Assembly: GCA_965249205.1 (NCBI GenBank)
Contig: CBDFLL010000005.1
Coordinates: forward strand, 1,027,045-1,091,044
Length of the DNA stretch: 64,000 nt
Source: Vicinamibacterales bacterium
GTDB lineage: Bacteria; Acidobacteriota; Vicinamibacteria; Vicinamibacterales; UBA2999
Direction: 5' to 3'
The notes under the pieces are model-generated. The model made no database searches and was not told where the DNA came from. It was given only the letters and a program-made list of their open reading frames with translations. The translations under genes and the position numbers were made by a program. Below are positions 18,914-28,295 of the stretch, in pieces (position 1 is the first letter of the stretch; each line of letters starts with the position of its first letter).

Positions 18914-19326
18914 GAGAACGCCTGCCCCATGACGGACGCATACCAGGTTGTCCCGGCGTCGGGCGTCCAGAACGTGATCCAGTCGTCTTCGCCGTTCGTC
19001 TCCGTCAGCGTTGGTGCCGTCCCGAAGGGCCACCGCACGGACGCCGGCCAGGCGATCGTGCGCGCCGTCCCATCCCCCCGGAACCGCACCGTGCAGTACC
19101 CCAGGCGTGTTGACCCTGGGGCGTTGCTGATCGTCAGTGTCGTGATGTTGGCGTTCAGCGACACCAGGAACACCCGCGCCGCCGAGAGATCCAGCGTCAG
19201 CGTGCCGGCGCTGATCGTGGGGGCGCTGTGCGTTTCGTCGGTCCCCTCCTGGAATTGCGTCTCGAGGTGGTCGAGCCTGTCAGCCAAAATCGTGTCGCCG
19301 GTCGACCAGTCGTACCGCGTGTACAT
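18910..19326 (-). CDS. Phage tail-associated hypothetical protein
   Basis: 138-aa ORF, beta-rich composition, in the tail-fibre region. Translationally coupled to its neighbours. Confidence 0.35.
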   Translation of the reverse strand: MYTRYDWSTGDTILADRLDHLETQFQEGTDETHSAPTISAGTLTLDLSAARVFLVSLNANITTLTISNAPGSTRLGYCTVRFRGDGTARTIAWPASVRWPFGTAPTLTETNGEDDWITFWTPDAGTTWYASVMGQAFS

Positions 19327-19857
19327 TCAGACCTCCTCGGCCAGGCCACTACTCCACGACAGTGTCCACCCGAAGGTGACCGCGATCGAGATCGTCTTCA
19401 CGATCGGACTCATCAACACGACCCGCGCGTACAGCGTGCCCAGACTCGCGGCATTCAACAGGCCCACCTCCGCCAGCGTGTTCCCATTTGCGTCGTTCGG
19501 GCCCAGGAAATAGCGATAGAGAATCCGTCCGGTCGCCGGCGTGGTCTGCGTGAACACGTCCCGGAACACTTCCGCTCCGAGCGCCGTATCGCCGTGCGTC
19601 GGCGCCGCGAGCCCCGTGCCGACCGCCACGTGCGACAACGCGTCCCCGGACCCAGACAACCGATCGCGGATGAGGTTCAGGCCGGCCGTCGTCACCAGGT
19701 TGTGCCGCCGGTCCCACACCGTCCAGTGGCCGTGCACCAGGTCGTGCACAATGACCTCGACGTTGCACGTCGCCATCGCCGGTGCCGCCATGATCACGTT
19801 CCGGCTCTGCTCGGCGGCCCGGATGAGGCCCAGATCCCGGCCCTCCAGTCGCATCAC
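19327..19857 (-). CDS. Phage tail-associated hypothetical protein
   Basis: 176 aa. Start overlaps the stop of the upstream tail protein (19854-19857). No family recognised. Confidence 0.35.
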   Translation of the reverse strand: MMRLEGRDLGLIRAAEQSRNVIMAAPAMATCNVEVIVHDLVHGHWTVWDRRHNLVTTAGLNLIRDRLSGSGDALSHVAVGTGLAAPTHGDTALGAEVFRDVFTQTTPATGRILYRYFLGPNDANGNTLAEVGLLNAASLGTLYARVVLMSPIVKTISIAVTFGWTLSWSSGLAEEV

Positions 19858-21275
19858 CCCGCCACGCTGAAGCCGGCCAGCGCATAGCCGGCGCGCGTCT
19901 CCGGCACGGCGGACACGGCCGTCAGACGCGCCGCGGCGGTGACCTCGTCCGCCAGACTCCGCAGGATCACCACGATCTCATCGTCGTGGAGGACAAACTG
20001 CCGGCCCGCCTGGGCGAGCCGCCGGAAGTACGCCTGCCACCCGCCGTACGGGTCGCCCGCGATGGCGTTCACCGTGTACCAGATCTCGTCCAGCTCCTCG
20101 TTCACCGCGGCCGACAGGGAGTCGATCAGGTACAGCTCGCCGGTGATGCCATGCGCCGGGAATGTCGCCGCCACCAGTTGCCCGGCGGCGAAGCCCGGGA
20201 TGCGCGTCCGGCACGTCAGCACTCGAGCAATGGATCCGTAGCGCGTCAGCAGCGCGTGGGCGACCTCCGTCGCCATGGCCGCGGAGTCGATGCTCGGGCG
20301 GTTCTCCACCCGCGCGTAGATACCGCTGCCGCCTTCGATCGCCTGCCTGGCCGTCACCTCGGTCTCGAAGCGTGAATCCACGATGATTTGGAACATGCCC
20401 TGGTAGGTCACCTCCACCACGTCGCTCGCGGAGAGCACGCCGCCGACCGTGTCCTGAGAGATTTCCGTCGTCCCCTTGGACCAGTACCAGTCCTTGCCCG
20501 TGTCCACGCCGCGGATGCCTACCGTCTTGCTGACGCTGTTGACCTCCACCGTGGGCACCTTGCCGACCTTGAAACTGGTGGTGAACGTGCGGCGCTTGCT
20601 GTCTCCGACGAACGACTCCGTCCGCGCGTCGGTCAGGTCGGTGCCGCCCCGCACGATCTGGCGATTCCGGTACTGCTCCCGGTTCGGTCGCACCCGTACC
20701 GTCCCGAGCAGGGCCGTGGAGCCATCGAGCGGCGCCGGGGCCGCGATCGACGTCCGTTCGCGGACGTGCAGCACCTTGGAGGCATCGACCCACCACGCCA
20801 TCCCGGCGAGCTCGCTCAGCTCGTTGAACGCCTGCGAGGCCGGCACCCAGTTGAAGACCGCCTTGTCAATCGTGGGGCCCGTCTCCACGCCGCGCGTGTC
20901 GAGTCCTTCGCCCGCCAAGTCTTGCGCCACGATGTCGAGCACGATCGCCTTGAGCGTCTGGTGCTCGTACACCCGTGCCACCAAATGCCGGTCCGCGATC
21001 GCCGAGAAGTCCACGGCCGATGTGTCAAACCTCAGGACCCCGGTGCCGGGTTCTTCGTATTCCTCCGGCTCGACGAGCATGCCGCCGAAGCGCCGCGTGC
21101 CGTCTTCCAGCACGATAACCTCTTGCCCGTCCTCCGGTCGGAACCCGCCGACCCGGTCGAACAGCCGCACGCGCAGCGTGTTGCGGCCGTTCAGCAGGTC
21201 CTCGTAGCTCAACTCGCCCGTGCGGTCCCACGCGGCCGTGCGGTCGACACCGGTCACCGTGATCGTGACCGCCAT
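19854..21275 (-). CDS. Phage tail protein (distal tail/baseplate-like), immediately downstream of the tape measure gene
   Basis: 473 aa. Positioned after the tape measure gene as Dit/minor-tail proteins are in siphoviruses. Start codon overlaps the tape measure stop. Confidence 0.5.
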   Translation of the reverse strand: MAVTITVTGVDRTAAWDRTGELSYEDLLNGRNTLRVRLFDRVGGFRPEDGQEVIVLEDGTRRFGGMLVEPEEYEEPGTGVLRFDTSAVDFSAIADRHLVARVYEHQTLKAIVLDIVAQDLAGEGLDTRGVETGPTIDKAVFNWVPASQAFNELSELAGMAWWVDASKVLHVRERTSIAAPAPLDGSTALLGTVRVRPNREQYRNRQIVRGGTDLTDARTESFVGDSKRRTFTTSFKVGKVPTVEVNSVSKTVGIRGVDTGKDWYWSKGTTEISQDTVGGVLSASDVVEVTYQGMFQIIVDSRFETEVTARQAIEGGSGIYARVENRPSIDSAAMATEVAHALLTRYGSIARVLTCRTRIPGFAAGQLVAATFPAHGITGELYLIDSLSAAVNEELDEIWYTVNAIAGDPYGGWQAYFRRLAQAGRQFVLHDDEIVVILRSLADEVTAAARLTAVSAVPETRAGYALAGFSVAG

Positions 21276-24200
21276 CAGGCCACCCCGTGCACCGCCAGCA
21301 CGCCGGGAATCCGGCGCACGACCGCCTCTGCGGCCCGCCGACCGTCAATGTGGGTGTGCAGGTGGACGACGATGGGCGCCCCCAGACCCGCCGCGCCGGC
21401 CATCCCTGCCCCGGCCGTCTCCATGTGCCTGGACGCCACCGCGAACTGCGCCCGCGCGTTCTCGAGCTGGGCGCCCACCATCGTGGCCACGCCTTGGCCC
21501 TGCTGGCGGGTCAGCACCTCTTCCTCGCCGTGGAGCCACGCGGGCGTCCCGAACGGACTGAACTGCCGGAGGCCGCCCGTCCCGTCCGCGAACTGGTGCC
21601 CGCCCAGGGCCTCGTCGGCCCGATGCGCGTCGCCCGGGTTCCGCGCCAGCCAGTTCGCCTCCCACGCCTCCCGCGTGCGGAAATTCGACGGGGACAACCG
21701 GTCGTTGCCCTCCCGGCCCGGATCGATCATGCCCGTCAGCACCGGCGTGACCGGGATCACGATCGGCGTCGCCATCTCGTCCTTCATGGCGCCAATCGCG
21801 AGCGCCATCTGCCCAAAGTCCCAGACGCCCGTCTCGCTGGCGTCTCGGATGAGGCCCTGCATCTGCACCACCGCCGGATGCGTGCTGCCCAGCGAGTCGG
21901 TCAGCGACTCGGCCTCGCGCAGAATGGTGCCCAGGTCGTAGGTGCTCCCGTCACTGGCCTTCCGAAATTCCGCAGCCATCCGATCGAGGGAGTCCGTGTT
22001 CGCGATCTTGGCCTGCATGATGTCGATCGTCCCCGTCAGCTCCTCGAACGTCCCGCGTCCCGTCTCGGCCAGCGCGTCGAGGCCCGGCACCGTCTCCTTC
22101 TTGATGGTGGTCGTGATCTCGTCAATGACCTCCTGGACCGCCGCGCCGCCCTGCTGCTCCGCCTGCCAGAGCCGGTTGACGACGTCGAGGGCGTCATCCG
22201 CGCTCGCGCCGGCGGCGATGTACGCATCGCGGATGGCAATCACCGTCGCCGCCCCGATCTCGTTGCCCTTCCACGCGCCCTGAATCGCCTGCTGCACCTC
22301 GGCCATCTGCGCCGGGTTCAGCTCGGCGAGGAGACCCTGGCGGAAGCGGCCAGCCACCTGTCGGCCTGCCAGCTCGGCGGCAGACGGGCCACCGAGACTG
22401 AAGAGCTTGCCGACAAGCTGACCGATGACCGGTCCAATCAGCGGGATCGCCATCCCGGCCGCGTCGCCGAGCACCTTGCCGAGGCCTTTGCTGAGGAACC
22501 CCGTGTCCGCGGTCATCCTCGTGCTCAATCCCTCGGACAAGGACGTCCCGAGCCGGTCGCCCGCCTGCACGCCGAGCGACTGGGTCGCCCCGAGGAACCC
22601 GCCGCCGCCTTCCAGCGCCCGCGCGAACGTCTGGCCGATCTGCTTCCCGAAGCCCGCGAACGACTCGCCCATGCCGGACAGAAACCCGTCGGCCGCCGCG
22701 GTCCCAGCCTCGGTCCCAGCCGTGGTCGCCGCGGCTGGCAGATCCTGCAGCGTGCCGATGAACCCCCTCAGCGCGTTCTGCGAGTTCGACGTGCCGCCGG
22801 TGAAACGGTCGAAGCTCGTGTCGAGGGCGTCGACGGCCATCGCCGCTTCGATGCCGAGTTGCGGGAGGGGCTGCAGCGTGCCGATGAACCCCATCAGCGC
22901 GTTCCGCGAGTTCGACGTGCCGCCGGTGAAACGGTCGACGCTCGTGTCGAGGGCGTCGACGGCGGCGGTCGAGCCTTCCACCGAGGCAGCGAAGTCGTCA
23001 TTCGTTTTGGTGGCCCGCATCGAGGCCACCGCGGCGTCCCAGATGGCTTTCTGCGAGGCCTCGATGGCCGCCTTGATGGCCGCCGTCTCCTCTCGGATGG
23101 CTGTGACTTGCTCCTCCCGGTCGGCGAGGAGTTGCCGGTTCTCTGCGATCTCTCGCTGTTTGGCGCGGACCACGTTGTCGTAGTTGCGGGAGAGTGTGGG
23201 GAGCGCCTCGATCTCGGCCTCGAGGCGGGCGATCTCGGCCGGCGCGTTGCGGACGGCAGCCGCGGCGGCGGCGTTCGCGGCGGTGAGCGCGGCCTCCTCG
23301 TCGCGCAGCGCGGCGGTGAGGTGCTGCTTCATCCTCGTGGCGCGAGCACCCGTGTTGCTGATATTCGCGATGCGCTCGCTGAGGCCGGCGATCCGCGCTT
23401 CGACGCTGGCGACCTCATTCCGCGCTGTGGCCCACTGGAACACCTTCCAGGCGGCCCACATCCCGGCGATCGCGATGCCGACGGGGCCGGCGGCCAGGGT
23501 GAGGGCGCGGAGGCTGCCGCCGAGCAGGCCGACGCCCGCGGCGGCGGCGGGGGCCGCGGTGCCCGCCGCCGCCATGGCCGTGGTCGTGCCCGCCAGCGCA
23601 CCGCTCAGCGTCCCGAGCGAGGTCACCGTCAGCCCGGCCAGGCTGATCAGCGTCCCGAGCCCGATCAGGACCGGTGCGGTGGCCGCCATGAGCACGCCCA
23701 CCGCCAACGCCGTGGCACGCACCGGTTGCGGGAGGTCGGCGAACCAGTGCGCGGCTCGAGCCAGCTGGTCCACCAGCGGGCCTGACGCGGTCAGGAGCTG
23801 GTTGAGGCTGGGCAGCAACGACGTCCCCACCGTGATCGCGACATCCCTGAGTCGGCCCCACAGGATCTTGGCTTGGGACTCGAACGTCGCGTACCGCTGC
23901 GCAGCCTCCGTCGCGAGCGCCGTGTTGTCTTCGAACGCCTGTGTGCCGATCTGGAGGGACTGTGTGAGGACCTCGCCAGCGCCCCCGAGCGACAGAAACG
24001 ACTTGATCAACCGCTGGTCGGTGAAGTTGAGGGCCTCAAGCGTGGCGGTCGCCGTGATGCCCTGCTCGCCGATCCCGGCCGTGAACGCGGCAAAGGCGGC
24101 GCCGGCGTCCTGCTCGAACGCTGACGCGAACTCGCGGGCGGACAGACCGGCGGTGCTCGCAAAGACGTGCAGCTTATCGCCACCACGTGAGACGGCTTCG

Positions 24201-24913
24201 GTCATCCCGAGGAGGACCTTCTGCACGGCGGTGCCGCCGGCTTCCGCCTGGACGCCGACGCTGGACATGGCGGCCCCGATCGCGAGGATCTGCGCCTCGG
24301 ACAGGCCGGCGATCTCGCCGGCGCCGGCGATCCGCAGGCCGAAGTCCACGATCTCGGATTCCGTCGTGGCCAGGTTGTTGCCGAGGTCAACGATCGTCGA
24401 CCCGAGGCGGTCGAACTCGGTTTGCGGGAGCCCGGTGATGTTGGCGAGGCGAGCCAGGGCGGTGGCCGCCTGGTCGGACGAGAGATTCGTCGTGACACCG
24501 AGGTCGGCCATCGTGCGCGTGAACCCGAGGATGTGCTCGGTCTCGATGCCGAGCTGCCCGGCGGACTCGCCGATCGTGTTGAGCTCGTTGACGCTGACCG
24601 GGATCGCCTTCGACATCTCCCGGAAGCCGGTCGACAACGCGGCGAATTCTCCCTCGGTCGCGTTCACGGTCTTCCGGACGCCGGCGAACGAGGATTCAAA
24701 GTCCATGGCCGCCTTCACGGCCCCGACCCCCATCGCGCCGACCGCGGCCGAGAGGGGCAGCATCGCCCGACCCGCCGCGGACGTCTGTTGCCCCAGTTCG
24801 TTGAGGCGCTTGCCGGTGGTGGTGAGTCTGGTGGAGGCGCGCGTCAGCGCCGGCGTGAGGGTGTCCTCAAGCAGCAGGTATCCCTTGAGCGTGCCGATGC
24901 TGACCGTGCTCAT
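21275..24913 (-). CDS. Phage tail tape measure protein (TIGR01760-like); ~1210 aa from MSTVSIGTLKGY
   Basis: The N-terminal region (LNELGQQTSAAGRAMLPLSAAVGAMGVGAVKAAMDFESSFAGVRKTV...EFAALSTGFREMSKAIPVSVNELNTIGESAGQLG) is the conserved tape measure core. Long alpha-helical Ala-rich body with internal repeats. Confidence 0.85.
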   Translation of the reverse strand: MSTVSIGTLKGYLLLEDTLTPALTRASTRLTTTGKRLNELGQQTSAAGRAMLPLSAAVGAMGVGAVKAAMDFESSFAGVRKTVNATEGEFAALSTGFREMSKAIPVSVNELNTIGESAGQLGIETEHILGFTRTMADLGVTTNLSSDQAATALARLANITGLPQTEFDRLGSTIVDLGNNLATTESEIVDFGLRIAGAGEIAGLSEAQILAIGAAMSSVGVQAEAGGTAVQKVLLGMTEAVSRGGDKLHVFASTAGLSAREFASAFEQDAGAAFAAFTAGIGEQGITATATLEALNFTDQRLIKSFLSLGGAGEVLTQSLQIGTQAFEDNTALATEAAQRYATFESQAKILWGRLRDVAITVGTSLLPSLNQLLTASGPLVDQLARAAHWFADLPQPVRATALAVGVLMAATAPVLIGLGTLISLAGLTVTSLGTLSGALAGTTTAMAAAGTAAPAAAAGVGLLGGSLRALTLAAGPVGIAIAGMWAAWKVFQWATARNEVASVEARIAGLSERIANISNTGARATRMKQHLTAALRDEEAALTAANAAAAAAVRNAPAEIARLEAEIEALPTLSRNYDNVVRAKQREIAENRQLLADREEQVTAIREETAAIKAAIEASQKAIWDAAVASMRATKTNDDFAASVEGSTAAVDALDTSVDRFTGGTSNSRNALMGFIGTLQPLPQLGIEAAMAVDALDTSFDRFTGGTSNSQNALRGFIGTLQDLPAAATTAGTEAGTAAADGFLSGMGESFAGFGKQIGQTFARALEGGGGFLGATQSLGVQAGDRLGTSLSEGLSTRMTADTGFLSKGLGKVLGDAAGMAIPLIGPVIGQLVGKLFSLGGPSAAELAGRQVAGRFRQGLLAELNPAQMAEVQQAIQGAWKGNEIGAATVIAIRDAYIAAGASADDALDVVNRLWQAEQQGGAAVQEVIDEITTTIKKETVPGLDALAETGRGTFEELTGTIDIMQAKIANTDSLDRMAAEFRKASDGSTYDLGTILREAESLTDSLGSTHPAVVQMQGLIRDASETGVWDFGQMALAIGAMKDEMATPIVIPVTPVLTGMIDPGREGNDRLSPSNFRTREAWEANWLARNPGDAHRADEALGGHQFADGTGGLRQFSPFGTPAWLHGEEEVLTRQQGQGVATMVGAQLENARAQFAVASRHMETAGAGMAGAAGLGAPIVVHLHTHIDGRRAAEAVVRRIPGVLAVHGVA

Positions 24914-24926
24914 CTCGTCGTCGCGT

Positions 24927-25774
24927 CTACGTGGTCGGGCGCTCCGTGGCGCCCGGTGTCTGCTGCCCGAACGCCTCCGCAATGGCCCGCGCCCGCGCCT
25001 TGATTCCCTGCCACTGCGTCACCGCCGTCATCGGCGCCTTCGTCGACCTCGGTGCCTCGAACCGCAGTACGAAGTCGCTCAGCGAGTAGAGCGACTGTCC
25101 CGTGCGCCGCGCGAAGATGTTGTAGAGCGCCCGCTCAATCTGCGCCGCGCGCAGATCCGCCCGCACATCCCCAAACGGCTCGAGCTCGTCGTAGGCGCGC
25201 CACTCCCGAAACTCATGCACCGACAGCTGCCGCAGCCAGCGCCGCGCGCTCGGCTGCTTCAGTTCTTTCGCCGCCCGGTAGGCGAAGCGGAGATGCCCGC
25301 TTCGCCTGAGGCGTTTTTTACCTGCTCCTGGACCGGGGCAAACGTCTCCGCCACCGCCAGCAACCGCTCCGCCACTGCGTCCGGCGCGTCCTCGGCCGCC
25401 GCCTTCAGGCGCCGCACGACCGCCTGATGCACGAGCTGGACGACGTCCGTCTCCTGGCGGTTGAGTCTCATCGCGCGCTCCTGCAACAGCAGCAGGGGCT
25501 TGACGCTTTTCTGCTTCAGCCGCTCCAGATCCTTCGCCGTGAACAACGGCGCGCCCGTCTCGCCGTGGATCGCGCAGATCTGAATCAGCCGGACCATGGC
25601 GTTCTTCCGCGCCGTGGTGTTGTTCCCCTCCTCGAAGTCGATCGCCTCTTCCGCCGTCATCGCACGCAAGGTGACCGTGCCCCGCCACTCAGGCACGAAC
25701 ACCTCGTCGCGCTCGCAGTCCTCTGCGGCGAAGATCTCCTCCGCCGACAGGTGCTTCGTCTTCGCCTTCGCCAT
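24927..25774 (-). CDS. Tail assembly chaperone G-T fusion produced by a -1 programmed frameshift at A_AAA_AAC (top strand 25313-25319)
   Basis: The -1 frame downstream of GTA AAA AAC continues as KKRLRRSGHLRFAYRAAKELKQ...QWQGIKARARAIAEAFGQQTPGATERPTT to 24927 and overlaps the tape measure start. This is the conserved gpG/gpGT arrangement. Confidence 0.6.
25259..25774 (-). CDS. Phage tail assembly chaperone (gpG-like)
   Basis: MAKAKTKHLSAEEIFAAEDCERDEVFVPEWRGTVTLRAMTAEEAIDFEE... is acidic, ~170 aa, directly upstream of the tape measure gene. Ends shortly after a slippery heptamer. Confidence 0.65.
   Translation of the reverse strand: MAKAKTKHLSAEEIFAAEDCERDEVFVPEWRGTVTLRAMTAEEAIDFEEGNNTTARKNAMVRLIQICAIHGETGAPLFTAKDLERLKQKSVKPLLLLQERAMRLNRQETDVVQLVHQAVVRRLKAAAEDAPDAVAERLLAVAETFAPVQEQVKNASGEAGISASPTGRRKN
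25313..25319 (-). promoter_or_regulatory. Programmed -1 ribosomal frameshift slippery heptamer A_AAA_AAC in the tail chaperone gene
   Basis: Minus-strand ...CAG GTA AAA AAC GCC... (top strand gtttttt). The X_XXY_YYZ heptamer sits ~18 codons before the G stop, with an open -1 frame of ~125 codons beyond it. Confidence 0.6.
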
Positions 25775-25808
25775 TCGACGCCCCCCGTGTGCCGTCCGTG
25801 CCACTGCC

Positions 25809-26267
25809 CTACGTGCCGATCAGCACCCCGTCGATCCACATCGGCCCGTCCGGCCGAATCGTGACGTCCGCGCTGATGGCGCCCTCGCGCACCGGCGACA
25901 CCTTCGCGATCGCCGTGATCGCGCCCGAGAAAATCCACTCGTCGTCGCCGGAGCTGCCGCCCGGCCCGCGCAGCCGCCACCCGTCGAACGCTTTGTCGGC
26001 CATCGACTGGTAGATCCCCGTCAGATGGTTGTGCGTAGGGTCGTCATGGATGAAGTTCAACCGGAACGTGAACTCCCCGCGCTGCAGCAAATTGCTGACA
26101 ACGTGCCGGTCAATCGTCGCGTTGTGCGGCGACGTCTCCGTCGCGGCCCGCGTCAGCTCCGGCCAGGTGATGTCGCCGTCGAGTTCGGCGATCGTGGTGA
26201 AGAGGGCCGGCGTGGCGTTCGGCGCGCGCGCGACCAGTGTGCCGTGTCCCGACTTGGCATCGCTCAT
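25809..26267 (-). CDS. Phage major tail (tail tube) protein
   Basis: 152 aa, immediately upstream of the G/GT chaperones. Size and position match siphovirus major tail proteins. Confidence 0.55.
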   Translation of the reverse strand: MSDAKSGHGTLVARAPNATPALFTTIAELDGDITWPELTRAATETSPHNATIDRHVVSNLLQRGEFTFRLNFIHDDPTHNHLTGIYQSMADKAFDGWRLRGPGGSSGDDEWIFSGAITAIAKVSPVREGAISADVTIRPDGPMWIDGVLIGT

Positions 26268-26294
26268 GACTACGTTCTCCTTGTGAACCGTTCC

Positions 26295-26708
26295 CTACGT
26301 GTCGCTCAGCTCGAGGTTCCGTATCTGCAACGCGGCGTAGGCCGCCAGCGCCATCCCGCGCGCCGCCGCGTGCGTCTTCGCGCGGGCCGTAATCTGCGCG
26401 CCCGGGTGCTGATAGCCCGGCGCCGGCGCCGCGTTGTGCGTGCGATCCGGGGCCGTCCCGCCGGTCTCGATCACCTGCAGGTACGGCCCGTCTCCATCCG
26501 GCACCCTCGCCTGCGTCGACGCGAAGAGGGAGGTCCCGAACGTCCCGACGCCCTGGGTCGCCAGCCGCGTCACGATCTCCTGGATGAAGGTCGTCGACGG
26601 CCGCTTGACCGCGAGGATGTTGAACTTGAACATCAGTCGCCCATTGCCATCGAGGCCCGCATCAAACGGCTCCTGCCCGACGTCGATGTCCCGGTACCAC
26701 GCCATCAC
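26295..26708 (-). CDS. Phage tail terminator / tail completion-like protein
   Basis: 137 aa, between the HK97 gp10-like adaptor and the major tail protein. Confidence 0.35.
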   Translation of the reverse strand: MMAWYRDIDVGQEPFDAGLDGNGRLMFKFNILAVKRPSTTFIQEIVTRLATQGVGTFGTSLFASTQARVPDGDGPYLQVIETGGTAPDRTHNAAPAPGYQHPGAQITARAKTHAAARGMALAAYAALQIRNLELSDT

Positions 26709-27058
26709 CCCGTCAGCGGGTTCAGGTCGATCCGTCTCACGATCCGGGTCGCCAGATGCGGCGCCGACTCGAAGATCACCGCCTCGATGAACTTCGCCTG
26801 CCCCGTGGGGTGCTGCGCCTCCAGGTCTTCATGGACCGCCACCGCGTACGGCGCCGCCGGCCCGCCCGCGACGATCGCCGTCACGATGCGCCGGCCGCGC
26901 CGGTGCGGCCCTTCGACGTGAATCGAGCCGCGTAGGTTGCCGGTGTCCACCGGCGTCAGGCGCTTCGCTTCCGTGGCCTCGATCTCCGTTTCCTGCGCCA
27001 GGGCCAGCGCCACCGCATCCGGGATCTCCGCCGCCAGCCGATCCAGCGTGCGTCGCAT
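26705..27058 (-). CDS. Phage head-tail adaptor, HK97 gp10 family
   Basis: MRRTLDRLAAEIPDAVALALAQETEIEATEAKRLTPVDTGNLRGSIHVEGPH... carries the conserved TGNLRxSI motif of HK97 gp10-family proteins. The longer listed ORF (to 27376) is an Arg-rich out-of-frame extension. Confidence 0.6.
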   Translation of the reverse strand: MRRTLDRLAAEIPDAVALALAQETEIEATEAKRLTPVDTGNLRGSIHVEGPHRRGRRIVTAIVAGGPAAPYAVAVHEDLEAQHPTGQAKFIEAVIFESAPHLATRIVRRIDLNPLTG

Positions 27059-27089
27059 CGCGCCCACGCCCTGCACTCGCGGCATCGCG

Positions 27090-28295
27090 CTACCCGGCCA
27101 CCGCCGCCACCCGCGTCCGCTCCCCCAGCTGGACCGCCTGCGGATAGAGCGCGGTCTCCAGCGCCTCTGTGAACGCCGCCCCGATCGCCGGCCACCGGTA
27201 CTGCGGCCGTGACACCAGCGCCCGCCCACGCCCCGCGTAGTCCGCGCGCAGCGCCCGGTCCCGATAGAGCCGGTCGAGCGCCGCGATCGTGGCCTGCCGA
27301 TCGGGAATCCCTCCGATGACGTTGATCTGGTGCGGCGTGCACGACGTCGTCGAGCACGGCACCGTGATCGCCGCATCCTCGGGCCATTCGCTCAGCGCCG
27401 CCCACTTCGGCACGACGCATGGAATCCCACAGGCCATCGCCTCCATCGTCGGGAGCGACCACCCCTCGTTCTGCGACGTCGAGAGCAACACGTCGAACAC
27501 GGGGTAGGTCGCCGCCATCGCCGCCTCGGTCGCGCCGTTCCGGTTCGTCAACCGCGGTTCGATGAGCCGATTCGCAATGCCGTAGTACTGCGCGAGCTGG
27601 CTCAGCGTGTACGCCTCGTCCCCGGTGGGCGCCGAATGCACGTAGAGCGCCGCATCCGTGATCCCGCGCGACTTGACCCACTCGGCGAAGTACTGCACCA
27701 GCAGGTCGAACCGCTTCCGCGTCTGATTCCGGTTCACCGTGCCGACAATGAACGTGTCCCGCGGCAGCCCACGATGCGTGAATACGCGATCGAGCCCCAG
27801 GCGCGCCCGCGCCGCCTCGCGGTCCCCCGGCTGGTACACGTCGACGTCGACGCCCAGCGGCACGACGGCCGCCGGCCCGGCGTACCCGCCCTGCCGCGCC
27901 TCGTGCAAGCCGAATTGCGTCCAGAACACCGCGAGCGCCAGCCCGGACAGCCATTCCGCGCCCCGGCAGTTCTTCCCGTCCACGGCCAGGAACGCCACGA
28001 CGGGCGTGTCCCCCGCCCGCTGCCGGTACGCCGGCACGTTCCACGGGTCGTTCAGGAGGCACACGCAATCCGGGCCCAGCCGCTCGACCAGTTCGGCCGT
28101 ACGGCCCACGCCCAAGCTGTCACCCCCGGAGGCCGCCGGGTAGATGGGGTACGGGTAATCGTGCGGGTCGCCGCGATAGTTGATGCCGAGCACATGCACG
28201 TCCCACGTGCGCGCCAGCACGTCGAGGACGCCATGCGTCACGCGCGCGAAGCCCGAATGCACCCCCGCGTCCCCAATCCAGAGCAATCGCCTCAT
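27090..28295 (-). CDS. Glycosyltransferase, GT-B fold (family 4-like), within the phage morphogenesis operon
   Basis: MRRLLWIGDAGVHSGFARVTHGVLDVL... N-terminal Rossmann half plus a C-terminal half with ...QNEGWSLPTMEAMACGIPCVV (the EX7E-type GT4 donor-binding motif). Start overlaps the stop of the upstream GT-A gene. Confidence 0.7.
   Translation of the reverse strand: MRRLLWIGDAGVHSGFARVTHGVLDVLARTWDVHVLGINYRGDPHDYPYPIYPAASGGDSLGVGRTAELVERLGPDCVCLLNDPWNVPAYRQRAGDTPVVAFLAVDGKNCRGAEWLSGLALAVFWTQFGLHEARQGGYAGPAAVVPLGVDVDVYQPGDREAARARLGLDRVFTHRGLPRDTFIVGTVNRNQTRKRFDLLVQYFAEWVKSRGITDAALYVHSAPTGDEAYTLSQLAQYYGIANRLIEPRLTNRNGATEAAMAATYPVFDVLLSTSQNEGWSLPTMEAMACGIPCVVPKWAALSEWPEDAAITVPCSTTSCTPHQINVIGGIPDRQATIAALDRLYRDRALRADYAGRGRALVSRPQYRWPAIGAAFTEALETALYPQAVQLGERTRVAAVAG

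Noticed and set aside
21287-25427. Very long plus-strand ORFs (832 aa and 747 aa) antisense to the tape measure gene
   Set aside because: Composition is dominated by R/A/P/G, with no domains. The tape measure gene on the opposite strand has clear family signatures. These are classic antisense open frames in high-GC DNA.
26956-28068. 370-aa Arg-rich minus-strand ORF overlapping the GT4 glycosyltransferase
   Set aside because: Alternative frame of the same strand. The GT4 frame has coherent domain motifs and this one does not.
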